Numbered from the whole stretch's first letter, positions 12,254 through 26,331 are shown. The stretch is 63,841 nt of DNA, filler included, from Octopus bimaculoides (GCF_001194135.2; 7 parts of 6 records of this genome joined end to end with filler, not necessarily neighbours in it); one strand, 5' to 3'. The notes: generated by a model from the sequence alone, not told the origin. Numbers and translations: made by a program.

Positions 12254-13194
12254 GCATGAACATATATAAAATATATATATGTGTGTGCGTGTGTATATGT
12301 ATATCTATCTTTGTATGTGTATATATATGTGTATATATATATATAACTTCTTAGTATCTGAGTATGTAGTATGTGGTTGACACTTCAATGTAGAGAGAGT
12401 TTAGCAGCGTGATGGTAATAAGCCGTCAGAAAAAGTAAGATGGAAGAGTGATTGCAGGGGTAAGGCAGATGGGGGGGGGGTATTGTGCAAGCAAATCAGT
12501 TTATTTAGTTTTTAACCCTTGCCCCACCAACCAGTCTTGTATTACTTTGGGGTTGTGTATGTAGTGTGCAATTGTGTGGTGTTAATATGTTTACAGTGAG
12601 GTGTTGTCACGCGCTGTGGTATATATGCAAGCGCTGTGGTTTACAAGGTGTGGTGTGAGAGTTGGAGAAGGAAGTGGTGGTGGTGGTGATGGTGGTGGTG
12701 GTGGTGGTGGTGGTGGCTGGTCTGGTTGCATGTCTTGGAGTGGCTTACAAAATGGGATCCCACTTAAAATGAGGTTCATTATTCAGTAAATAATAATAGT
12801 GGACCCCAATGAAGTGAAGTGTCAGTTATGATGGGGAGGTGGTGGTGGTTATGTCTTTGTGGAGAGAGAAACGGAAATAAAATGCCTTTCTCTGTGTTTG
12901 TTTAGATTCACATCTCTCCTCCTCCTCCTCCTCCTCCTCCTCCTTCATTGGCTCCCATTCCAAGTTCACATGCCACCAGGGTGATTTGTATTCATCCTCA
13001 CCTTTGGGGTTGATGGTGTAATGAACTTACAGTATTAGCAATATGTTACATCAGATTAGAGAGAATAATTAAAACTACTTGCCGATCCCCACCACCCACT
13101 GGACCTCTTCTTGCTAGAATGCTCTGGTCATGCATTTATTTGCCAGCCAACTGGGTGAAATTGTTTATGTAGTTAATAGATAATTAAAGTTACT

Positions 13195-13520
13195 GCTATT
13201 ATTAATTAGGCTGTTTCCATGCTGGGCCACCACCTTGAAGGGGTTTTAGTTGAACGAATCAACCCAGAGTATTTATTTTTTTAATGCCTGATACTAATTC
13301 TTTACCAGTCACTTTCTTTTGCCAAACCAAAGTAAGCTATTGGGATATAAATAAACCAACACTGGTTATCAAGTGGTGACATGGAACAGACACAAATATA
13401 TACAAACACACACGCACACACATGTCTACCAAATCCACTTACAAGGCTTTGGGTTGCTCAGGGCTATAGTGGAAACACTCACCCAGGATGCCATGCAGTG
13501 GGACTGAAATTAGAACCATG
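13195..13520 (-). mobile_element. SINE family B, degraded
   Basis: CCAAATCCACTTACAAGGCTTTGG...GGCTATAGTGGAAACACT..CCCAGG.TGCCATGCAGTGGGACTGAA matches the reverse complement of 21679-22095. Confidence 0.75.
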
Positions 13521-13544
13521 TATGTGTATGTATGTATGTATGTA

Positions 13545-13643
<99 letters not shown>

Positions 13644-14314
13644 ATATATTATGTTAGACCTTAGGAGAGGCATTATGCTGGTAATAAACACACGCATAAT
13701 GCCTCTCCCAAAGTCTAATTGTATTTCTTTCAACACATGTATTCACATCAAGAATCTTGCACACCAAATACACATGCGAAATATATTATGTTAATTATGC
13801 AGAGAAACAAATTAAGTACATTAATTATATTGAATATATTAAATATAATAATAGTTTGATCCCTCTTTCAGCCATTTTTTACTTTGTGGAATCGATCCCC
13901 TGTAAAGACATCGAAATCTAAGTTTGAATCTTTTGAGCACTGCTAATTGTCTTCTCTACTGAGAATCTTTGAATCTCATTGGTGGACTATATACATTATG
14001 TTAGGTGTACTGTCTTCCATGAGCATACAGGCTGGTAAGGTCAGAACTTATCCCCAATATCCATGATGTATAACAAAGTGTACAATACCTGACCCTGGAT
14101 AGGATACCAGTCCATCGCAGTGTTTAATCCCACTCCCACACCGAGTTATCTTGGCTACTCATTTTAAGCTGAGTGGAATGTGAGAAACAAAGAAGTGTCT
14201 TTGTTCAAGACCATAGAGCACCATACAGTTTTGGAATCAACATCACATTCTTACAGTTTTGGTAGCCTTAAACCTCATTATCATTATTAGGCTGTGAAGA
14301 GCAATTTATTTCTT

Positions 14315-14520
14315 GTATTTGTTTTACTTATTTCAGGCATTTGGCTGTGGCCATACTGGAGCACCACCTTAAAGGGTTTTTGTGAAAGAAATTGACTCCA
14401 GTACTTATTCTTTGTAATCCTTAGTACTTATTCTTCCGGTCTCTTTTGCCAAACCACTAAATTATCGGGACACAAACACACCAAAATTTGTTGTCAAGTG
14501 GTGGAGTGGGTGACAAACAC
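14315..14520 (-). mobile_element. SINE family B 3' half
   Basis: GGCCATACTGGAGCACCACCTT...AGTACTTATTC...CCACTAAATTATCGGGAC. Confidence 0.75.
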
Positions 14521-15474
14521 ACACACACACACACACACACAAATATATATATANNNNNNNNNNNNNNNNNNNNNNNNNNNNNNNNNNNNNNNNNNNNNNN
14601 NNNNNNNNNNNNNNNNNNNNNNNNNNNNNNNNNNNNNNNNNNNNNNNNNNNNNNNNNNNNNNNNNNNNNNNNNNNNNNNNNNNNNNNNNNNNNNNNNNNN
14701 NNNNNNNNNNNNNNNNNNNNNNNNNNNNNNNNNNNNNNNNNNNNNNNNNNNNNNNNNNNNNNNNNNNNNNNNNNNNNNNNNNNNNNNNNNNNNNNNNNNN
14801 NNNNNNNNNNNNNNNNNNNNNNNNNNNNNNNNNNNNNNNNNNNNNNNNNNNNNNNNNNNNNNNNNNNNNNNNNNNNNNNNNNNNNNNNNNNNNNNNNTAT
14901 ATATATATATATATATTATATTATATTATATTATATTATATTTATTATATTATATTATATTATATTTATTATTATATTATATTATATTATTATTATATTA
15001 TATTATTATTATTATATTATATTATATTATATTTATCTTATGATATTTACTTTACTTTATATTATACTCATTTATTGTGCTTTTAATTATTAATTTTTCT
15101 ATATGTGATAGTGGATTTTCATCGATGAGTTCTTGAAACTTGGTTATTTTCCCTAAAACTACATATTTTATATATATTTTATCTATAAAGCTCAATTTAA
15201 TTTTTATTTTTTATAAATTGATTTTAATTGAGTTTTTACCTGTAATTTTGGATTTTGTCCCTAATATTATTATATATATAAATATATATATATATATGTG
15301 ACAGCTTCTTCCAGTTTCTGTCTACCATACAGCCATAATAAATTCAAAAATAATCATGTGAGGATAAGACAAAATGAAGAAATGTATAAAAAGAATGTGG
15401 TTGGTATGGATGTAGCTTTAGTTCAGTAGGTACTAAATTTGAGTAAATACCCATCATACACACACATATGTACA

Positions 15475-15648
15475 TATATGCTGGTGGCACGTAAAAAGCA
15501 CTCACTACACTCTTGGAGTGGTTGGCATTAGAAACCTTGCCAGATCAGATTGGAACCAGGTACAGCCTCCTGGCTTGCCAGTCCTCAGTCAAATCATCCA
15601 ACCCATGCCAACATGGAAAGTGGATGTTAAACGATGATGATGATGATG
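15475..15648 (+). mobile_element. RTE-tail SINE / LINE 3' UTR (family D) ending in (GAT)n
   Basis: TGGCACGTAAAAAGCAC...CAACCCATGCCAACATGGAAAGTGGATGTTAAACGATGATG. Confidence 0.8.
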
Positions 15649-15879
15649 AGATGGGATGATCGAGGAAGCTGCTTCTCACATTGATCAGTTTGTGAATTAC
15701 TTATCGGCAAGCCTATGAGGAAGCTATTATACAAGGGATGGGCAACTGTTTTTGAGAAATGGGGCCCACATGTGACATAGGTCATCATCTGGTGGGCTAC
15801 ACTATTTAAAAAATTCAAGACTCTTGGCAATTTGTTGTGCTTAAAAAGACATTTCAAACTAAGTGAAATTGTAGACGTG

Positions 15880-16090
15880 ACACATAAAAGACATCCATGC
15901 AAGTGACATGTAAAAGGCACCCAGTACACTCTGTAGAGTGGTTGGTGTTAAGAGAGTCATCCAATTGTAGAAACCAAGCCAAAACAGGTGATTGGAGCTT
16001 GATGCAGTTTTCCAGCTCGTCAGCTCCAGGCAAACCTTTTAACCCATACAGGCATGGAAAATGGATGTTAAATGATGATGATAATGATGA
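15880..16090 (+). mobile_element. Family D copy
   Basis: Same 3' end CATGGAAAATGGATGTTAAATGATGATG. Confidence 0.75.
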
Positions 16091-16304
16091 GGTATGTTTT
16101 GCATCATTATTACACATGCCATTCAGGAAGTTCTGTGTGCCACAGATTGCCTATGGCTCTTCTGCACAACGGGGTTGACCTCCGAGAAAAAGCAACTAAA
16201 TTAACCTTTCACACGCATGCACGCATGCATAGACACACACACAGACACATTCTCACATCCACCTTGTTGTCTTTAAAATGAAGTCACATTAGTGAGTCAT
16301 CATC

Positions 16305-16545
16305 ATCATCCTCATTGTTTAACATCCGCTTTCCATGCTAGCATGGGTTGGACGATTTGACTGAGGACTGGTGAAACCGGATGGCAACACCAGGCTCCAA
16401 TCTGATTTGGCAGAGTTTCTACAGCTGGATGCCCTTCCTAACGCCAACCACTCAGAGAGTGTAGTGGGTGCTTTTACGTGTCACTCACACGAAGGCCAGT
16501 CAGGCGGTACTGGCAACGGCCACGCTCAAAATGGTGTATTTTGAT
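16305..16545 (-). mobile_element. Family D copy, relatively young
   Basis: CATCATC...TTTAACATCCGCTTTCCATGCTAGCATGGGTTGG...GGATGCCCTTCCTAACGCCAACCACTC. Confidence 0.85.
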
Positions 16546-17069
16546 CCTGGATATACAAAACCTAAAGATGGGTGGTCACAGTGGGAATGCTTTTCAATTT
16601 TAGATCTCCTTGATCAGAGACAACCTGGGTCTAAACAACAGCAACTACAACAACAAGAACTACAACCACATTTAGTTGAAGTGAAGGCGAGAGCATAATA
16701 ACATTTCAATGGCTTTAACAGAATTTGAAATCCACCTGGTAGCAGTCACCCGTTGAGCTTGCTTTTTATAGAAGCAGCACCACCACCAGCTGCTCTCTTG
16801 CTCAAATTCGCTATTATTCGTTTAGTGTTTAATTAATTTATTTTATTTCATTCATTCATTCATTCATTTATTTATTTATTTATTTATTTATTTATTTCAC
16901 TTGGTAAAATTCTTTTATGCATTTATTTATTGGATTATTTTATTTAATTTTAAAACTATGATTTATTCATTTAATCCTTTTATGTGTTTTATATCATGAA
17001 AAGTGACAGTTAATTATAGGTTATGTCTATTATTAGGCATAAAATTGTGTTATGTAATATAATTTTGGG

Positions 17070-17107
<38 letters not shown>

Positions 17108-17109
<2 letters not shown>

Positions 17110-17345
17110 TCATCATCATCATTTAACGTCTGCTTTTCCATGCTTCCAAGGGTTGGGCTGAGATTTATCAAAGCATATTTCCTATGGCCAGATGTTTTTT
17201 TTTTGTTTTTTTTTTTGCCAACTCTCACCTGTTTCCTAACAAGATATTTCTCCCATGGTCAGGCATGCTCTTGCAGAATATTGGAAAGGAATGACACTGC
17301 TTGTATGATGGTGACACTCATTTACAATTATCACACAATGTTATG
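17108..17345 (-). mobile_element. Family D-related repeat
   Basis: TTTAACGTCTGCTTTTCCATGC tail plus an internal block shared with 19460-19715. Confidence 0.65.
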
Positions 17346-17424
17346 AGAAGGAGGCACAAACACTTGCACGTTCTCACATATACATACATACATACATATA
17401 TATATATATGTGTGTGTGTTTGTG

Positions 17425-17565
17425 TATAAAACAGGCTTCTTTCAGTTTCTGTCTATTAAATCCATTCACAAGGCTCTGGTCAACCTAGGACGATAGCAGG
17501 ACACACATGCCCAAAGTTCCATGCAGTTGGACAGAACCCAGAACTATATGGTTGAGAAGCAGTGT
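17425..17565 (-). mobile_element. SINE family B 5' half
   Basis: GGCTTCTTTCAGTTTCTGTCTA..AAATCCATTCACAAGGCT. Confidence 0.7.
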
Positions 17566-18164
17566 GAATAAATAAGTTTTACATTTGACAAAATGATCTG
17601 AAGACTGAAGGGTCAAAGTGATTTAAAGTTAGAAGTGCTATCAAAATATTTGATATCAGTTTGTTCCAAACACCAGCTTAACCCTGTTAAAACACACGGC
17701 GTTTTGGTATGTGCAGCCAAAAACACCAAAGTTTTTTGTTTTTTTTCTGTTGAGATTGAAAATGATTGGATGCATGTAGAAAACAAAGGATTAAAGTACC
17801 TAAAACTATTGTATTAGTATGTAAAACTATATATGTTGTATAGTTTTATATTATATCTCATGAAAGACAATCCCTGATTGGCTATTACACTTCAAAATGT
17901 TTGTTTCATTGGGCTGATGGATCGGCCTCAAAGTCTTTTCAGTTTTTATCTATTGGGCCAATCAATCAGCCTGGATGTCCCAAGAAGGTTAATAATGACA
18001 AAGTTATTTTACAAAATTCTTTCCTGTTTTCAAAATTAACTGACACAGAGGCTGTATTCTTCAAAAGAATTATAGTACCAAAAGGGTTATAGCAAGTCTT
18101 CTCTGTTAGATTGGACCTATGAGCAAAGACATTTTGACTATGAACATACTGTATTGTTTGCAGG

Positions 18165-18567
18165 ATTTCATTAACTGGGGCCTCACAGAGGCGAGCTGGC
18201 TGAGTTCCTTTCAAGCACTGAGCTTCATGGAGGCAAAGTGGTCAAATTACTCTCGAGTGTTGGGCCTCGCAAAGACAATGACCAAAGCCTTTGGCATTAT
18301 GTCGTGCTTGAGAAGAAGACCCATCAAGCTGTGCAAAATTGCAGTTGTGACAGATACCGGTGTCATGCAAATGGCACCTGTGCCTGTGGCACGTTAAAAA
18401 GCACCCATTACACTCTTGGAGTGGTTGGTGTTATGAAGGGCATCCGGCTGGAGAAAACCATGCCAAATCAGACGAGCCTGGCACAGCCTTCCGGCATGCC
18501 AGCCCAGTCAAATCATCCAACCCATGCCAGCATGGGCAAAGGAGGTTAAATGATGATGATGATGATG
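18165..18567 (+). mobile_element. RTE LINE 3' end running into the family D tail
   Basis: Frame reads DQSLWHYVVLEKKTHQA, resembling the RTE C-terminus DRDLWRYAVLEKT, then the family D 3' UTR and (GAT)n. Confidence 0.65.
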
Positions 18568-19183
18568 TGTCATTGCTGTTTCTAGCAGTTGAGTAAAAAC
18601 ACACACACACACATGCTGTACAAAAAGGAATGTTAGTGATTTAAGTGTGCTCCCCTAATGAATACACAACAAAATCCACAGAATATATTTGAACTTAAAA
18701 TGTTTGAGTTAGTAAGTTCTCTAAGAATTGCCTGTCTTACCCACCTGGCTAGATTTGCCCCCTAAAATTCTAACATGTAAAGCACCTTCACTAACAGAAC
18801 TGTAATTTCTCCTGCTCTAGCAGTAATGGTGGTGGTGGTGGTGGTGGTNNNNNNNNNNNNNNNNNNNNNNNNNNNNNNNNNNNNNNNNNNNNNNNNNNNN
18901 NNNNNNNNNNNNNNNNNNNNNNNNNNNNNNNNNNNNNNNNNNNNNNNNNNNNNNNNNNNNNNNNNNNNNNNNNNNNNNNNNNNNNNNNNNNNNNNNNNNN
19001 NNNNNNNNNNNNNNNNNNNNNNNNNNNNNNNNNNNNNNNNNNNNNNNNNNNNNNNNNNNNNNNNNNNNNNNNNNNNNNNNNNNNNNNNNNNNNNNNNNNN
19101 NNNNNNNNNNNNNNNNNNNNNNNNNNNNNNNNNNNNNNNNNNNNNNNNNNNNNNNNNNNNNNNNNNNNNNNNNNNNNNNNNNN

Positions 19184-19228
<45 letters not shown>

Positions 19229-19419
19229 TCTTCCATCTACTTTTCCACCATAAAAATCTTTACAATAAATCTCAAAATAAAAATAAAAAAATGGTAATGA
19301 TAATAAGTAAATGAATAAAATAAATCACTGAAAGAAATTATTAGAGAAACAAAACTACTTATTATTCCAATTTAAAATTTTTTGCTCTGCATGCCATTTC
19401 TCTGTCATATTTAGCAATA

Positions 19420-19462
<43 letters not shown>

Positions 19463-19835
19463 ATCATAATCATCATTGTTTTATTGTCAGCCTCTTCTAT
19501 ACCAACAACAGTCAGGTGGAATCCATTGAGGCGTGTTTTCTCCAGCCATATGCTCTTCCTCTCACCAAATCATACTCATTTCCAAGCAAGGTAATATGTC
19601 TCCAAGACTAGACATGTTTTCATGACCAATTGGAAACAAATAACATTGTCTACATGATGGTAACATTTGTTTGCTGCTATTCTACAATGTTAACACAAGG
19701 GGTTGCAAACATACTGACCCATCACTACCTTCTTTTATTTCCTTCAGCCATGTACCTCCGCTTTGGTTCAGAACTGGTGCTTGTCCTGTCACATTTTAGC
19801 CATTGCATTGGCTCTCTTTTTGGTTATGAGGATGA

Positions 19836-20130
19836 GGGTTCTAGTTGATCTGATCAATGGAACAGCCTGCTCGTGAAACTAACATGCAAGTAGCAGAACA
19901 CTCCACAGACGTGTGTATCCTTAACATAGTTCTCAGGGAGATTCAGCATGACACAAACGTGACGAGGCTGGCCATTTGAAATACAGGTACTACTCATTTT
20001 TGCCTGCTGAGTGGACTGGAGCAACAAGAAATAAAAGTGGCTTGCTCAAGGAAACGTGTCACCAGGAATTGAACTCATGATCTTACGATCATGAGTCGAA
20101 TACTCTAACCACTAAGCCATGCGTCTTCAC
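19836..20130 (-). mobile_element. CORE-type SINE, tail variant Y (family F)
   Basis: GGAACAGCCTGCTCGTGAAACTAACATGCAAG...TACAGGTACTACTCATTTTTGCC...CTTGCTCAAGG; same as 50023 and 62752 copies. Confidence 0.8.
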
Positions 20131-20224
20131 TTTTTAGCTATTGTATACCTGGCATAACTCTTGGTAGTGGGAACTTTTCCCCTTTCCTTTCTTTCCCTTC
20201 ACTGCTGTCATGTAACTCTGCAAG

Positions 20225-20430
20225 TTACATGACAACTTCACTATTGCCAGTGGGATGGGAAAAAGCACCCAGTGCACTCTGTAAAGTGGTTGGTATTAGG
20301 AAGGGCATTCAACTATAGAAATTGTGCCAGAAATGACACTGAAGCTTGATGTGACCACTGGAGCTTGCCAGTTCCCTTTCAAACAATCTAACCCATACCA
20401 GCTTGAAAAGCAGATGTTCAATTATGATTT
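20225..20430 (+). mobile_element. Family D copy, degraded
   Basis: AAAAAGCACCCAGTGCACTCTGTAAAGTGGTTGGTATTAGGAAGGGCAT. Confidence 0.7.
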
Positions 20431-20469
<39 letters not shown>

Positions 20470-20473
<4 letters not shown>

Positions 20474-20975
20474 GTGTGCATGGCATGCTTCTTTTAGTCT
20501 CTATCCACTCACAATGCTTTGGTTAGTCTAGGGCAGGGTTTCTCAACCTTTTTACCCTTGTGTAACCCTTAAAATAAATTACATGTCTCAAGGAACCCCT
20601 GCACACAAAAAAAATTATATACCATACCCTTCTCATTATTTTCATCAAAGTTCACATGGTAAATATATATGTGTGTCTGGGGGTTTGTTATTATTTTTTT
20701 TTTTTGACGTAATTGCTTAGATAGGATGATGTCTATATTACAATATTACAATAACCAATAATATGTTGTGCATGTATAGTAATATTACGATCATGAAATT
20801 GGTATTAGCATATCTCACTCTTTCTCATGGAACCCCTAGGAACCGTAGGGTTCCTGGGGGAACCCCAGTTGAAAAACGCTGGTCTAAGGCTATAGTAGAA
20901 GACACTTGCTCAAAGGGTTTAGCAGTGGGACTGAGCCTGAAACCACATGGTTTGGAAGCAAACTACACAGCCATG
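20470..20975 (-). mobile_element. SINE family B interrupted by a hAT MITE
   Basis: SINE sequence ...GCTTTGGTTAGTCTAGGG resumes as GTCTAAGGCTATAGTAGAAGACACTTGC after the MITE. Confidence 0.8.
20534..20881. mobile_element. hAT (Charlie-like) MITE
   Basis: TIRs CAGGGTTTCTCAACC / AGTTGAAAAACGCTG; 8-bp TSD GTCTAGGG / GTCTAAGG. Confidence 0.85.
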
Positions 20976-21678
20976 CTTGTATCTAGCCATACCTATACAT
21001 ACACACACATATATACTATATATTTATTTTTCTATCTATCTATCTGTGTGTGTGTGTGTGTGTGGAGAGAGAGAGAGAGAGAGAGAGTATGATGATGACA
21101 TATATGTGTCTATGTGTTCATGCACGTACTGTGTATGTATGTGTGTGCAGGCATTTATGTGTGTGTATGTATGTATGTGTGTGTGTGAGTGTGTAATTGT
21201 TTTTTTAAACTTCCTGCCTGCTTTACAATACTTGAATTCCTCATAGCATGTCAGTTTAACTTCCCTATAGAATGTAGAACAAAAGAAGATTAAAAAAAAC
21301 AAACAAACCTGTCACAGCTATTTGGTAATTTTCTAGTCAGCATCTTTTTTAATGTGCCAGTTATTTTGAAATGTGTGCTGTTATGCTTGTTGTTGCTGTT
21401 GTCATTTTAGTATATTTTGTTCAAGTACTGTAGTGAGGAAGATAATGCAGATATAGTTTCTGTGAATGGTCTTTTGTTTTGTTTTTTTTGGGGGGGTTTT
21501 TTCCATGCAACTAAAAATATTCTTCTTGGATCTTTGAATTATAAAGTCATGTCATTATACTTAATCTTTGCTGACTGGAAAAGGGCAAGAATATCACACA
21601 CAACTTAGACCCACCTGACATATTTGTCATCCATTCTGTGTTATCTCACTCAAGTCATGTACAAAATCTTTTTGACCT

Positions 21679-21840
21679 AGGCGTAGTAGTGGCTGTGTGG
21701 TAAGTAGCTTGCTTACCAACCAGGTTCAGTCCCACTGTGTGACACCTTGGGCAAGTGTTTTCTACTATAGCCTCGGGCCGACCAAAGCCTTGTGAGTGGA
21801 TTTGGTAAACAGAAACTAAAAGAAGCCCGTCGTATATATG

Positions 21841-21871
<31 letters not shown>

Positions 21872-22095
21872 ACATGTGTGCGTATATGCTTGTGTGTCTG
21901 TGTTTGTCCCCCCAACATCGCTTGACAACCGATGCTGGTGTGTTTATGTCCCCGTAACTTAGCGGTTCGGCGAAACAGACTGATAGAATAAGTACTAGGC
22001 TTACAAAGAATAAGTCCTGGGGTCGATTTGCTCAACTAAAGGCGGTGCTCCAGCATGGCCACAGTCAAATGACTGAAACAAATAAAAGAGTAAAA
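21679..22095 (+). mobile_element. SINE family B, full length, with internal (TA/TG)n tract
   Basis: tRNA-like head GTGGCTGTGTGGTAAG..GGTTCAGTCCCAC, CORE-like CCTTGGGCAAGTGT, tail GGCGGTGCTCCAGCATGGCC.CAGTCAAATGACTGAAACAA. Confidence 0.88.
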
Positions 22096-23058
22096 GAGAC
22101 TTAATCTCAGAATGGGAATCCCTTTCTCGCTGCTGCCCATCTTTGTCTTGTAGACATCCACCTACAGATGTTAAAACTCTCTGGAGAACCTTATAGATGT
22201 TATGATATTGTACCTTCCTCCTAACTATACCAGAGAATGGTCTAAAGCAGTCATGGACAAACTGTGGACCATGAGACTTCCTGAAGTCATAATATACAAA
22301 CATTTCTTATGGCACCAGCACACTGTTTGCAGATGCTTACATTTTTTTATGTTTTCCGTGAAGTTTTCATGGCTCCAGCTAGTTGTTATGGTGAAAATTA
22401 TGAGCCAGCATTGGAGCTTTTATATGATCACAAGCCTGATAGTCATAGCAGCTAAGTTTCCCTCAAATCATTGCTCATTATATAATGTAGTTTTAGATAC
22501 ATCTAAAAGGTAAAAAAAAAAAAACAGGATTGTCATGGGTGGAATGCTTTTGATGAGAAGTCCTCTCAATTAGGATTGCAGTTGGGCTAAACAACGACAG
22601 TAACAAAAAATATCGACAGCAACGTCAACAACATAACAACAAAGACATGCATTGTGGTGAAATCCATTGACAAGATAATAAATGACTGACTTTCTGATCA
22701 CCCTAGCTTAAGAAACAGGTGCCACTGTGACTTTACAGCTGACTGGTTAGTAATTGGAAAGAGAGAGAGAGAGAGAGAGATTTTTTAAAAATGAAAAAGA
22801 AAAAAAAAACAACCAGCTGTATAAGAACACTTGCTTCAACAAAACATATGCAAATATGAAAAGTTTACAATAAATACATTATATATATATAAATGCATGT
22901 GTGTGTGTGGAGAGAGAGAGAGAGAGAGAGAGAGGAAGGGAGAAAGAGAGGCATAAAGAAAATAATAAAACATATATTGGCATGTAGAAAATTGCTATAA
23001 AAACCCAATGGTGAAAATGAAATTGCAACACAAAAGACTGTGTGTGTGCATATGTGTT

Positions 23059-23089
<31 letters not shown>

Positions 23090-24054
23090 ACATAATATTT
23101 TTATTTGTGTTGTTAAATGTTTTAATTCGGTCTGTTTTCCTCGCATACTGTTTTTCTCTGTTATATTGGTGTGCTCCGGTGGATTATTTAAGACTTGGCT
23201 CTTATTTCTAGCAGGTAGATGCTCATTAAGCATCATTACGATATTTCATAGCTCCTTAAAGCTATCATAACTGCGTTCCACCAATGCTACTACTGGTGAT
23301 ATCATCAAATTTTGAATTTATCCACAGATGATATGAACAGTAGTGACATCTAACTTCAAATCTCAGTGTTTGAATATTTCATTTAAATATATATATATAT
23401 ATATANNNNNNNNNNNNNNNNNNNNNNNNNNNNNNNNNNNNNNNNNNNNNNNNNNNNNNNNNNNNNNNNNNNNNNNNNNNNNNNNNNNNNNNNNNNNNNN
23501 NNNNNNNNNNNNNNNNNNNNNNNNNNNNNNNNNNNNNNNNNNNNNNNNNNNNNNNNNNNNNNNNNNNNNNNNNNNNNNNNNNNNNNNNNNNNNNNNNNNN
23601 NNNNNNNNNNNNNNNNNNNNNNNNNNNNNNNNNNNNNNNNNNNNNNNNNNNNNNNNNNNNNNNNNNNNNNNNNNNNNNNNNNNNNNNNNNNNNNNNNNNN
23701 NNNNNNNNNNNNNNNNNNNNNNNNNNNNNNNNNNNNNNNNNNNNNNNNNNNNNNNNNNNNNNNNNNNNNNNNNNNNNNNNNNNNNNNNNNNNNNNNNNNN
23801 NNNNNNNNNNNNNNNNNNNNNNNNNNNNNNNNNNNNNNNNNNNNNNNNNNNNNNNNNNNNNNNNNNNNNNNNNNNNNNNNNNNNNNNNNNNNNNNNNNNN
23901 NNNNNNNNNNNNNNNNNNNNNNNNNNNNNNNNNNNNNNNNNNNNNNNNNNNNNNNNNNNNNNNNNNNNNNNNNNNNNNNNNNNNNNNNNNNNNNNNNNNN
24001 NNNNNNNNNNNNNNNNNNNNNNNNNNNNNNNNNNNNNNTATATATATATATATA

Positions 24055-24142
24055 TAGCCATCTGGTTTCACCAGTCCTCAGTCAAATCGTCCAACCCATG
24101 CTAGCATGGAAAGTGGACGTTAAACGACGACGATGATGACGA
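24055..24142 (+). mobile_element. Family D 3' end
   Basis: CAGTCCTCAGTCAAATCGTCCAACCCATGCTAGCATGGAAAGTGGACGTTAAACGACG. Confidence 0.8.
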
Positions 24143-24157
24143 TATATATATATATAT

Positions 24158-24493
24158 AAGGGTAAAGACCTCTTTCAGTCATGAATGACAATGGGATTGC
24201 ATCTAGAAATTCTCCGACGAGGCACAAATCCGGACAAGTTTGTTTTGTGGAAGACCAGCAGTTGCCCATGCATACCAGCCTCCCCTCTCCATGCCACCGA
24301 TGTTTTTTGAAGGGGAGGGCAAAGGCCGATACAGCTTGGCACCAGTGACGTCACAACTCATCTCTACAGCTAAGTGAACTGGAGCAACATGAAATAAAGT
24401 GCCTTACTCAAGAACACAACACACAGCTCGGCCCAGGAATCAAACTCACTACTTCATAATTGTGAGCCTGACACTCTATCCACTGAGCCATGC
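24158..24493 (-). mobile_element. CORE-type SINE, tail variant X, near full length
   Basis: Reverse complement collinear with 9874-10215. Confidence 0.85.
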
Positions 24494-24538
<45 letters not shown>

Positions 24539-24659
24539 ACGTTAAAACGTTCTGCGCATGCACAGCAAAGTTCAAGGTCAATCTGTGCTGAGCGGCTTCA
24601 CCTCTGCATGCTTTAGCTTTGTTACTATAGTGACAGTCCGGATACTTATTGATCAAACC

Positions 24660-24706
<47 letters not shown>

Positions 24707-24789
24707 TGTATACATCCATATGTATGTGTTTGTGTGGTGGTGTTGGTGGTAATGATGACGGTGCATGAAACATTATCAGGAATTTCATT

Positions 24790-24887
24790 AAAATGAAATT
24801 ATTTTAATATTTTGTGTATTGTAGAAGTATAAGTTGTATTTGGACCCCCCACCCAAGGGCCATATGGACCCCGGTTGAAAACCCCTG
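24790..24887. mobile_element. hAT MITE terminal fragment
   Basis: ATGGACCCCGGTTGAAAACCCCTG|CTCTAGGA, like the right end of 53245-53566. Confidence 0.6.
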
Positions 24888-25079
24888 CTCTAGGAAGTAT
24901 AGTCTGTTAGGGGTTAGACATTGAATACCATAAAACTGAAGAAGAATGAGCTCATTGCAGATGGTGTGAGTTGTAATTTTTACAAGGTACCTGTTTTTAT
25001 GTGATTGTTGTGGAAACTGGGGTGAGTTGTGTGGAAGGATGAATGAAGAAGATTATATTGTATGAAGGGTGTAGATATT

Positions 25080-25302
25080 CTTCTGTTCTTTTATTTGTTT
25101 CAGTCACTTGACTGTGGCCATGCTGGAGCACCACCTTAAAGGGTTTTAGTTGAAGAAATCGCGCTCCCCCAGGACTTATTCTTTGCAAGCCCAGTACTTA
25201 TTCTATCGGTGTGTTTTACTGACCTGCTAAGTTACAGGAGTGTAAACTCACCAACATCACTTGTCAAGCGATGGTGGGGGGTGGGGGACAAACAGACACA
25301 AA

Positions 25303-25356
<54 letters not shown>

Positions 25357-25520
25357 CATACGATGGGCTTCTTTCAGTTTCCGTCTACCAAATCCACTCA
25401 CAAGGCTTTCATTGGCCTGAGGCTATAGTAGCAGTTTCACACCCAGAGTGCCACACATTGAGACTGAACCCAGAATCATGTGGTTGGGAAGATAGCGACT
25501 TACCACACAGCCACGCCTAC
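25080..25520 (-). mobile_element. SINE family B, full length
   Basis: Reverse complement collinear with 21679-22095, with internal (CA)n. Confidence 0.85.
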
Positions 25521-25773
25521 ACCTATGAGTGAGGCTTTTTTCTTTTTTATTTGGGAATGTCAGTAGAACTAATGACTGATGGCTTAATTGGATAACCTTT
25601 TCCAGTGAGTGACACTGACTGATAAGGTCTTATTTGCTTGTGCTTGTTGGTGAATGTATGGGTTTTTTTTATATATGCAGATGTAAATATGTAATGTGTA
25701 TGCATGTGTGTGCAAGTATATACCTATGTGTTTGCACATACACACACATTATACATAAATACATGTATACGTC

Positions 25774-25811
<38 letters not shown>

Positions 25812-26020
25812 TACACACACACACATGTATGCATGTATATAATGCATAAGAGTGCAAGATTATGTCTATGTATGTATATCTCTTTCCCTCTATATATGTA
25901 TATCTATATATCTCTGTCTATCTATCTGTTGATAGATAAATAGATAGATAGATACATACATACATACGTACATACATACATACATACATACATACATACA
26001 TACATACATACATACATACA

Positions 26021-26053
<33 letters not shown>

Positions 26054-26331
26054 GTTTATATGTTACCCAATCATAACCATCACTCATATGTACATTCATA
26101 CTTACATACATGCATGTTTTACATGTAACCCAACCATAGCCATCACTCCCAAATAAATATGACTCGGTAGGATATATTCTTTTATTCTTTTGCTCGTTTC
26201 AGCCGTGTAGCTGCAGTCATGCTGGAACATCACAGTGGGGTATATGGAGCATTTGCTAATTGCTTATGGTGCCCACATAGTCAAGAGAATAAATAGACTC
26301 CCTCTCAGCTCTCCCAATGTTGACTCACTGA

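Noticed and set aside
12580-13010. Pro/Ser/Glu-rich frames around (GGT)n and (CCT)n with a plus-strand acceptor at 12905
   Set aside because: Low complexity, no good donor, several equally plausible frames.
13872-13960. CpG-containing patch after a TCTTTCAG acceptor (PFFTLWNRSPVKTSKSK)
   Set aside because: Only weak donors on either strand; cannot choose strand or frame.
16468-16698. ORF with QQQLQQQ tract
   Set aside because: Starts in a family D repeat and ends in a repeat tail with (CAA)n also seen near 22540.
18119-18549. Protein-like ORFs at 18.1-18.5 kb
   Set aside because: Explained as an RTE LINE C-terminus plus its 3' UTR.
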